IMG/VR virus record: IMGVR_UViG_3300031787_011371
Coordinates: 9,367 to 73,366 of that record
DNA: 64,000 nucleotides
Strand: one strand, 5' to 3'
Source of the DNA: a virus
Shown: in pieces, positions 21,341-29,516 of the stretch
How the letters are laid out: each line of letters begins with the position of its first letter
How positions within the stretch are numbered: the first letter of the stretch is position 1
Notes under the pieces: generated by a model
What the model was told of the DNA's origin: nothing
Databases searched by the model: none
What the model saw: only the letters and a program-made list of their open reading frames with translations
Program-made: the position numbers and the translations under genes

Positions 21341-21505
21341 TTAATTTCCTTTTATTTCATTTCTTAATATATGATACTTTTTTGCTAGTTCATCGATTTC
21401 ATCTAGAACTGTATCTACTAATTTTTTCTTTTCGTAAAATTTATCAACAACATCTTGTAATTCTCTGAGTAATTGAGTTTTACTTTTCTTTTTTATTTCT
21501 TCCAT
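21341..21505 (-). CDS. Small coiled-coil hypothetical protein (54 aa)
   Basis: Not in the track; MEEIKKKSKTQLLRELQDVVDKFYEKKKLVDTVLDEIDELAKKYHILRNEIKGN fills the gap between 21340 and 21516. Confidence 0.6.
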   Translation of the reverse strand: MEEIKKKSKTQLLRELQDVVDKFYEKKKLVDTVLDEIDELAKKYHILRNEIKGN

Positions 21506-21515
21506 AACTTTTTTT

Positions 21516-21932
21516 TTAACTTGCTAAACCAGCTCCAGAATGTGGAGTTATATTGCTACCAGTTGTAACCACTGGACCACCAGCGTTTCCTCCTGTAGCC
21601 GTTACTATCATGCCAGTATCAACTGCAACATCTACTCTCATATCATTTTGTATTGCAGAAACTATTTCATCCATCATTACCTTTGTATATTCTTCCATTA
21701 CATTTGGCTTTCCATTTTCAAGAGGGCCAGAAGGTATTCCTATTTTATCAAATTTTGAAATAACTTCAGAACTTATAGAATCGCTATCTAATCCTGGCCT
21801 TAACTTTGCTAATAATATTTCAAAAAGACTAAAGTTAGGAAGTTTCATTTTATTTTCTTGAAACAAAAATAATATAAAATTAGACAAACCGTCTGATATT
21901 TGTAGTTTTTCATCAACTTTTATACATCCCAT
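21516..21932 (-). CDS. Small baseplate-associated protein (possible spike-tip component)
   Basis: Gly/Thr-rich beta C-terminus (VTATGGNAGGPVVTTG...GAG), just upstream of the spike-like gene. Confidence 0.45.
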   Translation of the reverse strand: MGCIKVDEKLQISDGLSNFILFLFQENKMKLPNFSLFEILLAKLRPGLDSDSISSEVISKFDKIGIPSGPLENGKPNVMEEYTKVMMDEIVSAIQNDMRVDVAVDTGMIVTATGGNAGGPVVTTGSNITPHSGAGLAS

Positions 21933-21937
21933 AACTA

Positions 21938-24532
21938 TTATTTTTCTTTATTTTTTTTAACATATTCAAAAACGCCTTTTATACCACTATTTTTAAATGC
22001 TTCTCTATATTGTTCGATTTTATTGGTTGCGTTTTGAATTTTTTGCAAAGATTCAAATTGTCTTTTACGCCTCTTTAATAACTTTAAAATCTTTTCTTTT
22101 GCTTTTTCTTGTATCAATTTTCTAATTTGCACTTTTGCTTCGGCTATTAATTTTTGTATTAACATAGATAAAACCAAAGAATAAAGTGAATTTATTATAC
22201 TTCTTGAAAAAGCTGACTTTTTCTCGAAATCTTCTTTGTTTCCAGAGCCACATGCTTGTGTTATTTGGCAAGGACTAGACAACAATTCCTTTGGATTTAA
22301 AGGGCTCTGTCCAGTCTTGTCTAGTTCAGTATTTATAAAATCGAATACTTGACCTATTTCTGGACTATATGCAAATGCAACACTTATATATTGCATAATT
22401 TTGTCTATCAAAATTTGGAAAAAACTTTTACTAACAGCATTTGCATCTTCTTCATTTCTTTGTCTTTGCATTTCTGTTGTTACATAATTTTGCAACAATA
22501 TAAATGAATTGGCTGGATTAGGTCTATTTTCTTCTGGGATGCCCAATTCCTCAGAACTGATTAAATCAAATTCAGACTCAAAGTTTTCTGGTAATTTTAT
22601 TTCAACTTTTTGACAAGAAATTGTTAATTCAATTTTCCCAGATTCTAACTGTTTTTTAAGTTGAACTCTATTAAATTCTAGTTCAGATTCTGTTATACTT
22701 GGATTATTGGTTACTGAAAACATTTTCTCTCCACAAGCAGCAGAGTTTAATAGAACTTCAGCATCTTGTTCGTTGTTACTCATTATTTCTTTTGGACCAA
22801 AAATCATTTTAATTATTTGTGCAGCCAAAATACGTTTACCAACATTTAAAGATGGTCTTAAATATTTTTCTAAATATTCTTTATTTGACAATCCAACATC
22901 TTCTGGATTAAACCCAAAAGATAAAACATTATCAAACTCTCCACTTTCATTAAATTTAAAAGACGTATCTCCTGAAGTTTGACCACTTTCACTTATTGTG
23001 CCTACAACTGTAGTTCCTGAATCTAAATTTACATCAATTTGGTTAGGTAAAAATTCTATTGAAGTAGTAGTATTACCAGATGAGTCAGTTAAGTTATTAA
23101 TTACAAATTTTGAACCTTGTGGAGGATATTCTATTCCATCTATATTTCTTGTACTTGGAAATTCGTTTGTTGTTAATAATTCTTCAGCCTCCAATAAAGA
23201 ATCAACTGAAACAGTTTTTAAATACTCTGGTAAATTTGCATTGTTTTTTATTGTAAAAACATAATTAGGACTTACAAATGGATATCTTGTATTTCCAGAA
23301 GCACTAGAAATTATTTTTCCATTATCAATTAAATCTTGTTTCCAAGAATTATAGTTATTTATTATTTCATTATAAGTCTCATTACTATTATCAATTTGCT
23401 CTTCAAATAAAATAGGTTGTAAATCAATATTATTTTCTACATTAGACCTAATTCCAATAAAATCAGATGTTGCGTTTGTTGGTAAATTTTGTTCATTAAA
23501 AATATATTGAACTGGCTGCCCTATTAATTCATAACTATAAATTATCTCATTGTAATTATTTATATTATTTTGTGTATCTCCAGTTGAGTAAATTGTATTT
23601 CCAATGTAATTTATTTGTAATTTTAATTCGTTTCTGGTATTATAATTTACTTTTACGTCTTTTACTATTTTTTCCTCATAAGCATCAGAATCGTGATAAA
23701 TTTTTACGTCGTAATTTTTAGCTTCTATATTTTTAAATTCGTATTTACCATTTATGTCAACAACAATTTTTAATTTAGAATCTGAATTTAATAATTCTAC
23801 CTTTGCGCCAGGTATTGTAACACCAGTTTCATCAACAACTTCTCCATATAGGTCTCCTATTAAAATTTCTACATCATCAACCTTTGTTCCAGTAACTGGA
23901 TATTTTATTCCATTTTCAAAGAACCCTTCATTGTTTGCTGTTATTTTTAAATCTGTAAGAATAACGTTTTTATCACTATTCTCATCCAGCAAATAAGTTT
24001 TTTGAAACTCTGGGAGTCTGTCTGGAATGTTTGTTGATATATCTACTATTAAAGTGGCGCCACTTATATTTTCTTCTCTTGAAATAAAAGAATATTCTAC
24101 AACTTCAAATTGTGAAAAAGATTTATTTGAAGTTTCACCTGTTAATTCTGCGTTTTCAACATTTGAAGTAGTGGCAGATAGATTGTTTTCGGTAGTTGCT
24201 GTTTTTGGTTGTGGCGCTAACTTTATATTATTAGCATCTAAAGTGTCTGCTAAACCTTTTATTATAATGTCTTCTAATAAAAAATTGTCTGGGCCGACAG
24301 TGGCAAATATTTTATTTAAAAATTGTGTCATTACACCTTCAGATGTCCCAGGACCAACTAATGAATCTAAAAATTTAACAGATAAATCAAAAGAGCTTAT
24401 TTGTTGTTCTTTTGATAAATTTTGAAATTTATTTTGAGGCAAAGTTGTATACGTTCTAAGCGAATTTAATTTCGATAGAGCCTGCTTTTGCACATCAGTT
24501 AGTGCTGAATTTATTGGTGCTTTGAATGACAT
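21938..24532 (-). CDS. Large structural protein with internal carboxypeptidase-regulatory-like domain and helical ends
   Basis: GDLYGEVVDETGVTIPGAKVELLN...VDINGKYEFKNI..KNYDVKI. Confidence 0.55.
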   Translation of the reverse strand: MSFKAPINSALTDVQKQALSKLNSLRTYTTLPQNKFQNLSKEQQISSFDLSVKFLDSLVGPGTSEGVMTQFLNKIFATVGPDNFLLEDIIIKGLADTLDANNIKLAPQPKTATTENNLSATTSNVENAELTGETSNKSFSQFEVVEYSFISREENISGATLIVDISTNIPDRLPEFQKTYLLDENSDKNVILTDLKITANNEGFFENGIKYPVTGTKVDDVEILIGDLYGEVVDETGVTIPGAKVELLNSDSKLKIVVDINGKYEFKNIEAKNYDVKIYHDSDAYEEKIVKDVKVNYNTRNELKLQINYIGNTIYSTGDTQNNINNYNEIIYSYELIGQPVQYIFNEQNLPTNATSDFIGIRSNVENNIDLQPILFEEQIDNSNETYNEIINNYNSWKQDLIDNGKIISSASGNTRYPFVSPNYVFTIKNNANLPEYLKTVSVDSLLEAEELLTTNEFPSTRNIDGIEYPPQGSKFVINNLTDSSGNTTTSIEFLPNQIDVNLDSGTTVVGTISESGQTSGDTSFKFNESGEFDNVLSFGFNPEDVGLSNKEYLEKYLRPSLNVGKRILAAQIIKMIFGPKEIMSNNEQDAEVLLNSAACGEKMFSVTNNPSITESELEFNRVQLKKQLESGKIELTISCQKVEIKLPENFESEFDLISSEELGIPEENRPNPANSFILLQNYVTTEMQRQRNEEDANAVSKSFFQILIDKIMQYISVAFAYSPEIGQVFDFINTELDKTGQSPLNPKELLSSPCQITQACGSGNKEDFEKKSAFSRSIINSLYSLVLSMLIQKLIAEAKVQIRKLIQEKAKEKILKLLKRRKRQFESLQKIQNATNKIEQYREAFKNSGIKGVFEYVKKNKEK

Positions 24533-24534
24533 CT

Positions 24535-24891
24535 TTAACTATCACCTTTATTTTTGCCTGTTTGTAGATATTTGAATATTTCTTTTTTAAAGTTATCATT
24601 TAAGCCTCCAGGCATATTATTGCTATTATCACCAGAGCCATCTTTATAGATTATATCTTTTAACATTTTTGCCACTCCAATCATTGCGTTTGAACGTTCT
24701 GCTGCTACCTTTAAGTAATCAACTGCAAACTTTCCTTGCAATACAAAATCTTCAGGACCAAGAATTGTTTCATCTTGTCTCCTATATCTTTCAAGAGACA
24801 AGTCTCTTTCTTCTTCCATGTTTTTAAGAGATTTATTTAATAATTCTCTAAACATAGATTCTAAATCTTTATTTTCAGGTGAATCTCCCAT
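24535..24891 (-). CDS. Hypothetical helical protein
   Basis: Full ORF; TATTTATA motif at 24904-24911 upstream. Confidence 0.55.
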   Translation of the reverse strand: MGDSPENKDLESMFRELLNKSLKNMEEERDLSLERYRRQDETILGPEDFVLQGKFAVDYLKVAAERSNAMIGVAKMLKDIIYKDGSGDNSNNMPGGLNDNFKKEIFKYLQTGKNKGDS

Positions 24892-24928
24892 ATGTCAATT
24901 TATTATAAATATAATTAACAAAAAAATG

Positions 24929-25834
24929 TTAATCTAAATCTTTTAAAAAATTTTCTTTAAAAACTTTATACATATTTCTTATTCTTGTTAATGAATATGT
25001 TATGTCTTTAGTCTGTAAATCAGTCTTTTCTTTAATTAAGTGATATAAAAGATTTTTATTGTATATATTTAGGACTTCGTGACTTTTAAATATGTAAATT
25101 ATAGCTTCCATCACTTTTTTGTCATTAGGAAGAATTTTAGGATTATCTAATTCTCTTTCTAATTTAATTACTGTTTCTCTAAAAACAACACTATTAATTT
25201 TTTCAGATTCTACATCAACTTTTCTTTCTTCATCTTCTTCTTCCAGACTAGTTTCGGCATTAGATTCTTCTATATTTATGTTTATTTGCATATTTTTATA
25301 AGATACTTTCTTTTCTCCCATTAAATAATGCTTGGCTATTGTTCCTAAAAATGCGAATGCTCTAGTTCCTTTTGATGGGTCATATCTATCTATTTTAGTT
25401 ATAAGAAAAGACATGCAATCCTCTTGAAGTTCTCTAATTTCTACATCAGTTCTAAATAGTTTATATGTAAAAATTATATTTTCAATTAATTTTTTTAGAG
25501 GTTTGTATAATTTTTTTCTAAATATTCTATTTCTTACGTTTTGGTCAGTTTCACTTGCATATTCAACTATAGCCCTTTCTTGTTCGACGGTCCAATAAAC
25601 AGATTTTTTTTCATATTTTTCGTCTATTTCTTCTTCGTTTACAAGTCTAGAATATTCTTCTCTTAAAAATTCTAAAGTTATTTCTTCTTCTTCAAACTCA
25701 TTTTCTTCATTATCAGAATCTTCTTCTGATAACATTGGATTGTCCTCTAAAACTATTTTATGTAGATATATAAATTCTTCACCTAAAGAATCAAATTTTA
25801 ATTCCTTTAAAGGTTTTAATTTTTTGTTTGCCAT
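24929..25834 (-). CDS. Phage sigma factor-like protein (gp55/sigma70 region 2-like), probable late sigma
   Basis: ELQEDCMSFLITKIDRYDPSKGTRAFAFLGTIAKHYL resembles sigma region 2.2-2.4 (FDPSRG.F.TY); acidic N-terminal extension. Confidence 0.6.
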   Translation of the reverse strand: MANKKLKPLKELKFDSLGEEFIYLHKIVLEDNPMLSEEDSDNEENEFEEEEITLEFLREEYSRLVNEEEIDEKYEKKSVYWTVEQERAIVEYASETDQNVRNRIFRKKLYKPLKKLIENIIFTYKLFRTDVEIRELQEDCMSFLITKIDRYDPSKGTRAFAFLGTIAKHYLMGEKKVSYKNMQININIEESNAETSLEEEDEERKVDVESEKINSVVFRETVIKLERELDNPKILPNDKKVMEAIIYIFKSHEVLNIYNKNLLYHLIKEKTDLQTKDITYSLTRIRNMYKVFKENFLKDLD

Positions 25835-25848
25835 TATTCATAATATTA

Positions 25849-25880
25849 TTTGGTTTTTTTAATGGCATTTATTATATTTG
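25849..25880 (+). promoter_or_regulatory. Bacteroidota-type promoter with its -7 box inside an 8-bp inverted repeat
   Basis: TTTG(25849-52)-N20-TATATTTG(25873-80); GGCATTTA-N9-TAAATGCC at 25864-25888. Confidence 0.5.
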
Positions 25881-25885
25881 TAAAT

Positions 25886-25970
25886 GCCCTACAATTATCG
25901 TCTCTATTTGTTGGGGGTATTTTGATAAGTAAAAATAGCAGACCTCTGCAAAGGTCTGCTATTTGTTTTT
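25886..25970 (+). ncRNA. Candidate small RNA (5' hairpin plus terminator hairpin)
   Basis: Lies between the consensus promoter and a 13-bp hairpin followed by TGTTTTTT; 5' stem CCCUACAA/UUGUUGGGG. Confidence 0.35.
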
Positions 25971-25971
25971 T
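25931..25971. terminator. Bidirectional rho-independent terminator
   Basis: AAATAGCAGACCT-ctgcaa-AGGTCTGCTATTT with A/T runs on both sides. Confidence 0.8.
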
Positions 25972-26920
25972 AAGCAACTGGTGCTTCGTATTCGATTTCT
26001 CTATCTTCAGACATGAAATATTCACTTTTAGCTTGTTCCATCCAAAATCCTATCTCATGAGATGTCATTCCTCCATTTTCTTTTGATAAAGTAGTAATAT
26101 TTGAAGGTACTTTTGATGATAATTTATCAAAAGATAAACTGTTTACATCCCTTCTCATTTGATAACCATATCTCGGAATTGTATAAGCTTTTAAATCCTC
26201 ATAAATCATTCTTAAAAAGAATTCATAAGAAGAAGCTATATTCATATTCTCTTTGAAAGGATAATACTTTCCATCTCTCTCTTCACTATATTCCTTAACA
26301 TCTTCAACTCTAAACATACATCCAGAAGGAGAAAGACAATTCCAAGTCATAAGTAATTGTAAATCTGCATGTCCAGCAACTTCTGCTCTACCTTCAAGCC
26401 ATGTAGCCTCATTTAGATGACCAGTCATATTTCCAGCAGTTACTTGTCTAACTAATGGTAAAAAAATTGAAACTTCTTCTTTTTCTGCAGAATATCGCTT
26501 AAAATTATGAATCCAATTTCCTTCTACTATATCATCACTTTCAACTAAAGCAAACCACTTGTAGCCATTTTCTAAAGCTAAATTAAAGCCATAATTAAAT
26601 GCTTCACTATATTGTTTTGCATTAACTTTTTCGATTGCATAATTAAGAGTTTTTTCTGAATCAACCATATTAACAACAGGAGTTCCGTCTTCATTTTTTT
26701 CGAAAACTCTTTTCTGTGGTTTCTCTGCAATTCTATCTAATTCTTTTAAACTTTCTTCGCTATTATCTTCAGAAACAAGCAAGACAACGTCTGCCCCTTC
26801 TGTTTGCATAGCTAATGCATAAAGAGATTCATTTAATATTTCTCTATCAATTTTATTGATTGGTAAAACGACTAATAAATTTTTATTGTCTAATGTTTTC
26901 AAGTTCTTTAATTCTTTCAT
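25970..26920 (-). CDS. GT-A (GT2-like) glycosyltransferase
   Basis: LLVVLPI, FNYG, WFALVESDDIV, YEFFLRM..., YTIPRYGY. Confidence 0.65.
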   Translation of the reverse strand: MKELKNLKTLDNKNLLVVLPINKIDREILNESLYALAMQTEGADVVLLVSEDNSEESLKELDRIAEKPQKRVFEKNEDGTPVVNMVDSEKTLNYAIEKVNAKQYSEAFNYGFNLALENGYKWFALVESDDIVEGNWIHNFKRYSAEKEEVSIFLPLVRQVTAGNMTGHLNEATWLEGRAEVAGHADLQLLMTWNCLSPSGCMFRVEDVKEYSEERDGKYYPFKENMNIASSYEFFLRMIYEDLKAYTIPRYGYQMRRDVNSLSFDKLSSKVPSNITTLSKENGGMTSHEIGFWMEQAKSEYFMSEDREIEYEAPVA

Positions 26921-28097
26921 CTTCTATTTGTTTATAAATGTGTAAAATTGTTTCTGTTTCTTTTTGTTTTGTATAATTTGATAATGTTTTCTCGTATTCA
27001 TTGATAACTTCTTCACTATCAAGCATACCAGAAAAATATCTGTCTAATGCCATTCCAATTAGTTCAGCTAATTGAAATACGTCTCCATTAACTGCCCAGA
27101 ATCCATTTTTTTCATTAATATATTCTTTACTTCCAAATGGTGTCCAACCGATTAAGTGAGTACCGCAAGCCATAGCTTCTAATGGTAAAGTACCAAAGCC
27201 AGCAATTTCATCAGTATATAATGCAAATGCAGAATTTTTAAGCTGTTTTGCAAAATCTTCTTTTGTCAAACCTTGCAGCGGAGCAAAACGAATCCATCTA
27301 TAGTGCGGATAAAATTCATAAAAAGTTCTAATAACTGCATTTGTTTTCATTTGAGACTCTGGACCTCTTCCAGGCATATATGAAATCATAGGGGCTTTGT
27401 CTGATAATTTTTCTGGGATATTGAACAATTCTCTATCAATTCCTTGCTTATAATTTCTAATTGTCAACCCAGGCATTACTGCATTTAAATATTCAGATAT
27501 TCCATCTGAAACAGAAATTACATCTTTAATTCCAAAATGTTGCCATTTTTGGCCAACTTTCATACCAGACAATATATAGTACCAACTTTGAGCAAGCACT
27601 ACTCTTTTACAAGAAAGATTTGCTGTATTTTCCATTATATTTGGAAATCCTTCTGGAATAACCATTATGTCTTCTGGATTCATTAAAAGACTTTCAAACT
27701 TTTCAGTTGTTCCATCAGAATAAGTTAGTTCTCCTTCGGCAAGACATCTCATATTGACTTCGTCTTTTAAGTCTCCTAGCCAAGATGGGTTGAACTTATC
27801 AAAAATAACGACTGGCTGTTTTGCGCCTTTTAATCTAGCTTTGTTAGTAGCTTCCAATGAAGCTCTACTATTTTGTTGCGGTTCATAAATAACCGTAACA
27901 TTATATCCAGCATCTTTTAATGTTTTTGCGTGTTCAAATAAAACAGAAATACCACCACTAGGCGTACTCATGGCTGGACAATACATGTAAATACTATAAT
28001 CCTTTTTTTCTAATTTAGAAATTACACCATTTATAATTTCTTCTCTTTGTTTTTTTGCTTCTTCTTGAGAAACTTCTTGAGAAACCATTTCTTCCAT
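26883..28097 (-). CDS. GT4-like glycosyltransferase
   Basis: PSGGISVLFEHAKTL, VIPEGFP, AGFGTLPLEAMACG. Confidence 0.8.
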   Translation of the reverse strand: MEEMVSQEVSQEEAKKQREEIINGVISKLEKKDYSIYMYCPAMSTPSGGISVLFEHAKTLKDAGYNVTVIYEPQQNSRASLEATNKARLKGAKQPVVIFDKFNPSWLGDLKDEVNMRCLAEGELTYSDGTTEKFESLLMNPEDIMVIPEGFPNIMENTANLSCKRVVLAQSWYYILSGMKVGQKWQHFGIKDVISVSDGISEYLNAVMPGLTIRNYKQGIDRELFNIPEKLSDKAPMISYMPGRGPESQMKTNAVIRTFYEFYPHYRWIRFAPLQGLTKEDFAKQLKNSAFALYTDEIAGFGTLPLEAMACGTHLIGWTPFGSKEYINEKNGFWAVNGDVFQLAELIGMALDRYFSGMLDSEEVINEYEKTLSNYTKQKETETILHIYKQIEDERIKELENIRQ

Positions 28098-28153
28098 ATT
28101 AAATTATTTTTTTATTTAAAAATAATAATGTTTTTCAAAAAGTAAATGATAAC

Positions 28154-28185
28154 AAAAAAAAAGCCCCTAAATTTTAGAGGCTTTT
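28154..28185 (-). terminator. Rho-independent terminator
   Basis: A-run + AAGCCCCTAA-attt-TAGAGGCTTTT downstream of 28201. Confidence 0.6.
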
Positions 28186-28200
28186 AGAAAAAAAATTAAA

Positions 28201-28878
28201 TTAAATAAATAGTTCTCTTATGAACTTTTCATTTTTAATCTCATTTAAAGAATTAAATGAGTAATCAGCTTCTGAATATTCATTGTAAAGATGGTTAATT
28301 TTTATTGATTTTTGTTTATCTTTTTTTGTCTCAAAAACTTCTGGACAATCAGATATTACAACATCGGCAAAATCCCAAACTTCTTCATATTCTTTTATAA
28401 ATTTAATGTTTCTTATTTTACAAGCATGTTTTGCTAGAAAATGATATGTAGAAACAATTGAACTGTCTTTACATTTTGCAAAAAGAACAACATCAAAAAG
28501 ATTTGTTGAATCTCCAAAAATTTGTAAAAAGTTTACTGAATCCATTGTTTTTGGAAATGCACTTGCTGATGCAAAAATTTGAAAAGAATAATCGTTATAT
28601 AAAAAACTTTCTAATTCTTCTCTGTTTTCAAATTGGTAATGATTTAATAAATCAAAAGTATCTAAAGGTAAATTTATTTTTTCATCAATAATTTTTTGTA
28701 TTGCAAAAAAATCATCCTCAGTTTCTTCTGGACTTTCTAGATAATTAAAATTTTCATCCATTTGAACTAGTGAATCATTTTTAATAAATGCTTTTCTGTA
28801 CCAAGTGTCAAATTGAGAATATAAATCTCTAATTACACCATCAATACTTATTGCTAAAACTTTTTTTGATTTTGACAT
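28201..28878 (-). CDS. HAD-superfamily 5'(3')-deoxyribonucleotidase-like protein with degenerate catalytic motifs
   Basis: LAISIDGVIRD (motif I DxD reads SxD), DVVISDCP (motif IV DD reads SD), KINHLYN C-term. Confidence 0.55.
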   Translation of the reverse strand: MSKSKKVLAISIDGVIRDLYSQFDTWYRKAFIKNDSLVQMDENFNYLESPEETEDDFFAIQKIIDEKINLPLDTFDLLNHYQFENREELESFLYNDYSFQIFASASAFPKTMDSVNFLQIFGDSTNLFDVVLFAKCKDSSIVSTYHFLAKHACKIRNIKFIKEYEEVWDFADVVISDCPEVFETKKDKQKSIKINHLYNEYSEADYSFNSLNEIKNEKFIRELFI

Positions 28879-28922
28879 AATTTTATTTTTGTATATAATT
28901 TATATAATAAAAATAAAATGTA

Positions 28923-28955
28923 AATAAAAAAGCCTCTTTTCAGAGGCTTTTTATT
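28923..28955 (-). terminator. Rho-independent terminator
   Basis: AAAAAAGCCTCT-tttc-AGAGGCTTTTT. Confidence 0.75.
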
Positions 28956-29451
28956 AATTTACAGCAACGTTTTCTTCTTCTTCATCATATTCGAAAGCAG
29001 AATCTTCTTTTAGAATAAGATTAAAACCATAAAGTTCATAATCATCTTGAACTGTTTGTGATTTTACAGAACCTTTTCCTTTTGGAACAACAGAATAAGT
29101 ATCTAAAACAGAATCGTTTTTGTAAATTTCTTCTGTTAGATTATTGCAATATTCTGGTAATTTAAATTTCACTGTCGCATAAAGAACATTGTCATCTATT
29201 CTAAGATTAGAAACTACACCGCAACTTAGAGAGCTAACAATGAACTCATTTAAAACATCTCTTTCAATCACTTCTCCATTTTCATCAATTTCATCAATTG
29301 CATATTCCAATTCAAACAAATTGTTTTCATTGTTTTTTTCCATTTCAAGCCAACTGTTTACTACAGAAAATGGATAAGTTCTGTGATTTTTGTTCTTTTT
29401 TCCTACTTCAAGGATTTTGAATTCTTTTTCTATAACTTTTAATTCAGACAT
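28954..29451 (-). CDS. Catalytically inactive paralogue of the gp21-type prohead protease
   Basis: Aligns with 58883-59518: KNKNHRTYP/ENRNGRVYP; FELEYA/GELDHP; VVPKGKGSVK/ISSRGVGSVK; VQDDYELYGFNLI/VQEDFELIAFDFV. Confidence 0.7.
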   Translation of the reverse strand: MSELKVIEKEFKILEVGKKNKNHRTYPFSVVNSWLEMEKNNENNLFELEYAIDEIDENGEVIERDVLNEFIVSSLSCGVVSNLRIDDNVLYATVKFKLPEYCNNLTEEIYKNDSVLDTYSVVPKGKGSVKSQTVQDDYELYGFNLILKEDSAFEYDEEEENVAVN

Positions 29452-29472
29452 AATGTTTTGTTTTTAATAATA

Positions 29473-29503
29473 CAAATGTATAACTATTTTTAATAATTTC
29501 AAA
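29473..29503 (-). promoter_or_regulatory. Bacteroidota sigma-A-type promoter
   Basis: Minus strand TTTG-N19-TACATTTG upstream of the ATG at 29451. Confidence 0.7.
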
Positions 29504-29516
29504 AAAAAAATTAATT

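Noticed and set aside
25850-26086. 78-aa plus-strand ORF from the track
   Set aside because: TTG start inside the promoter element, runs through a strong terminator and antisense into a GT gene; the region is better explained as regulatory or sRNA
25970-28097. T4-like DNA alpha/beta-glucosyltransferases for DNA hypermodification
   Set aside because: No hydroxymethylase or other base-modification genes in the window and no recognisable agt/bgt similarity; cannot be fully excluded without nucleoside analysis
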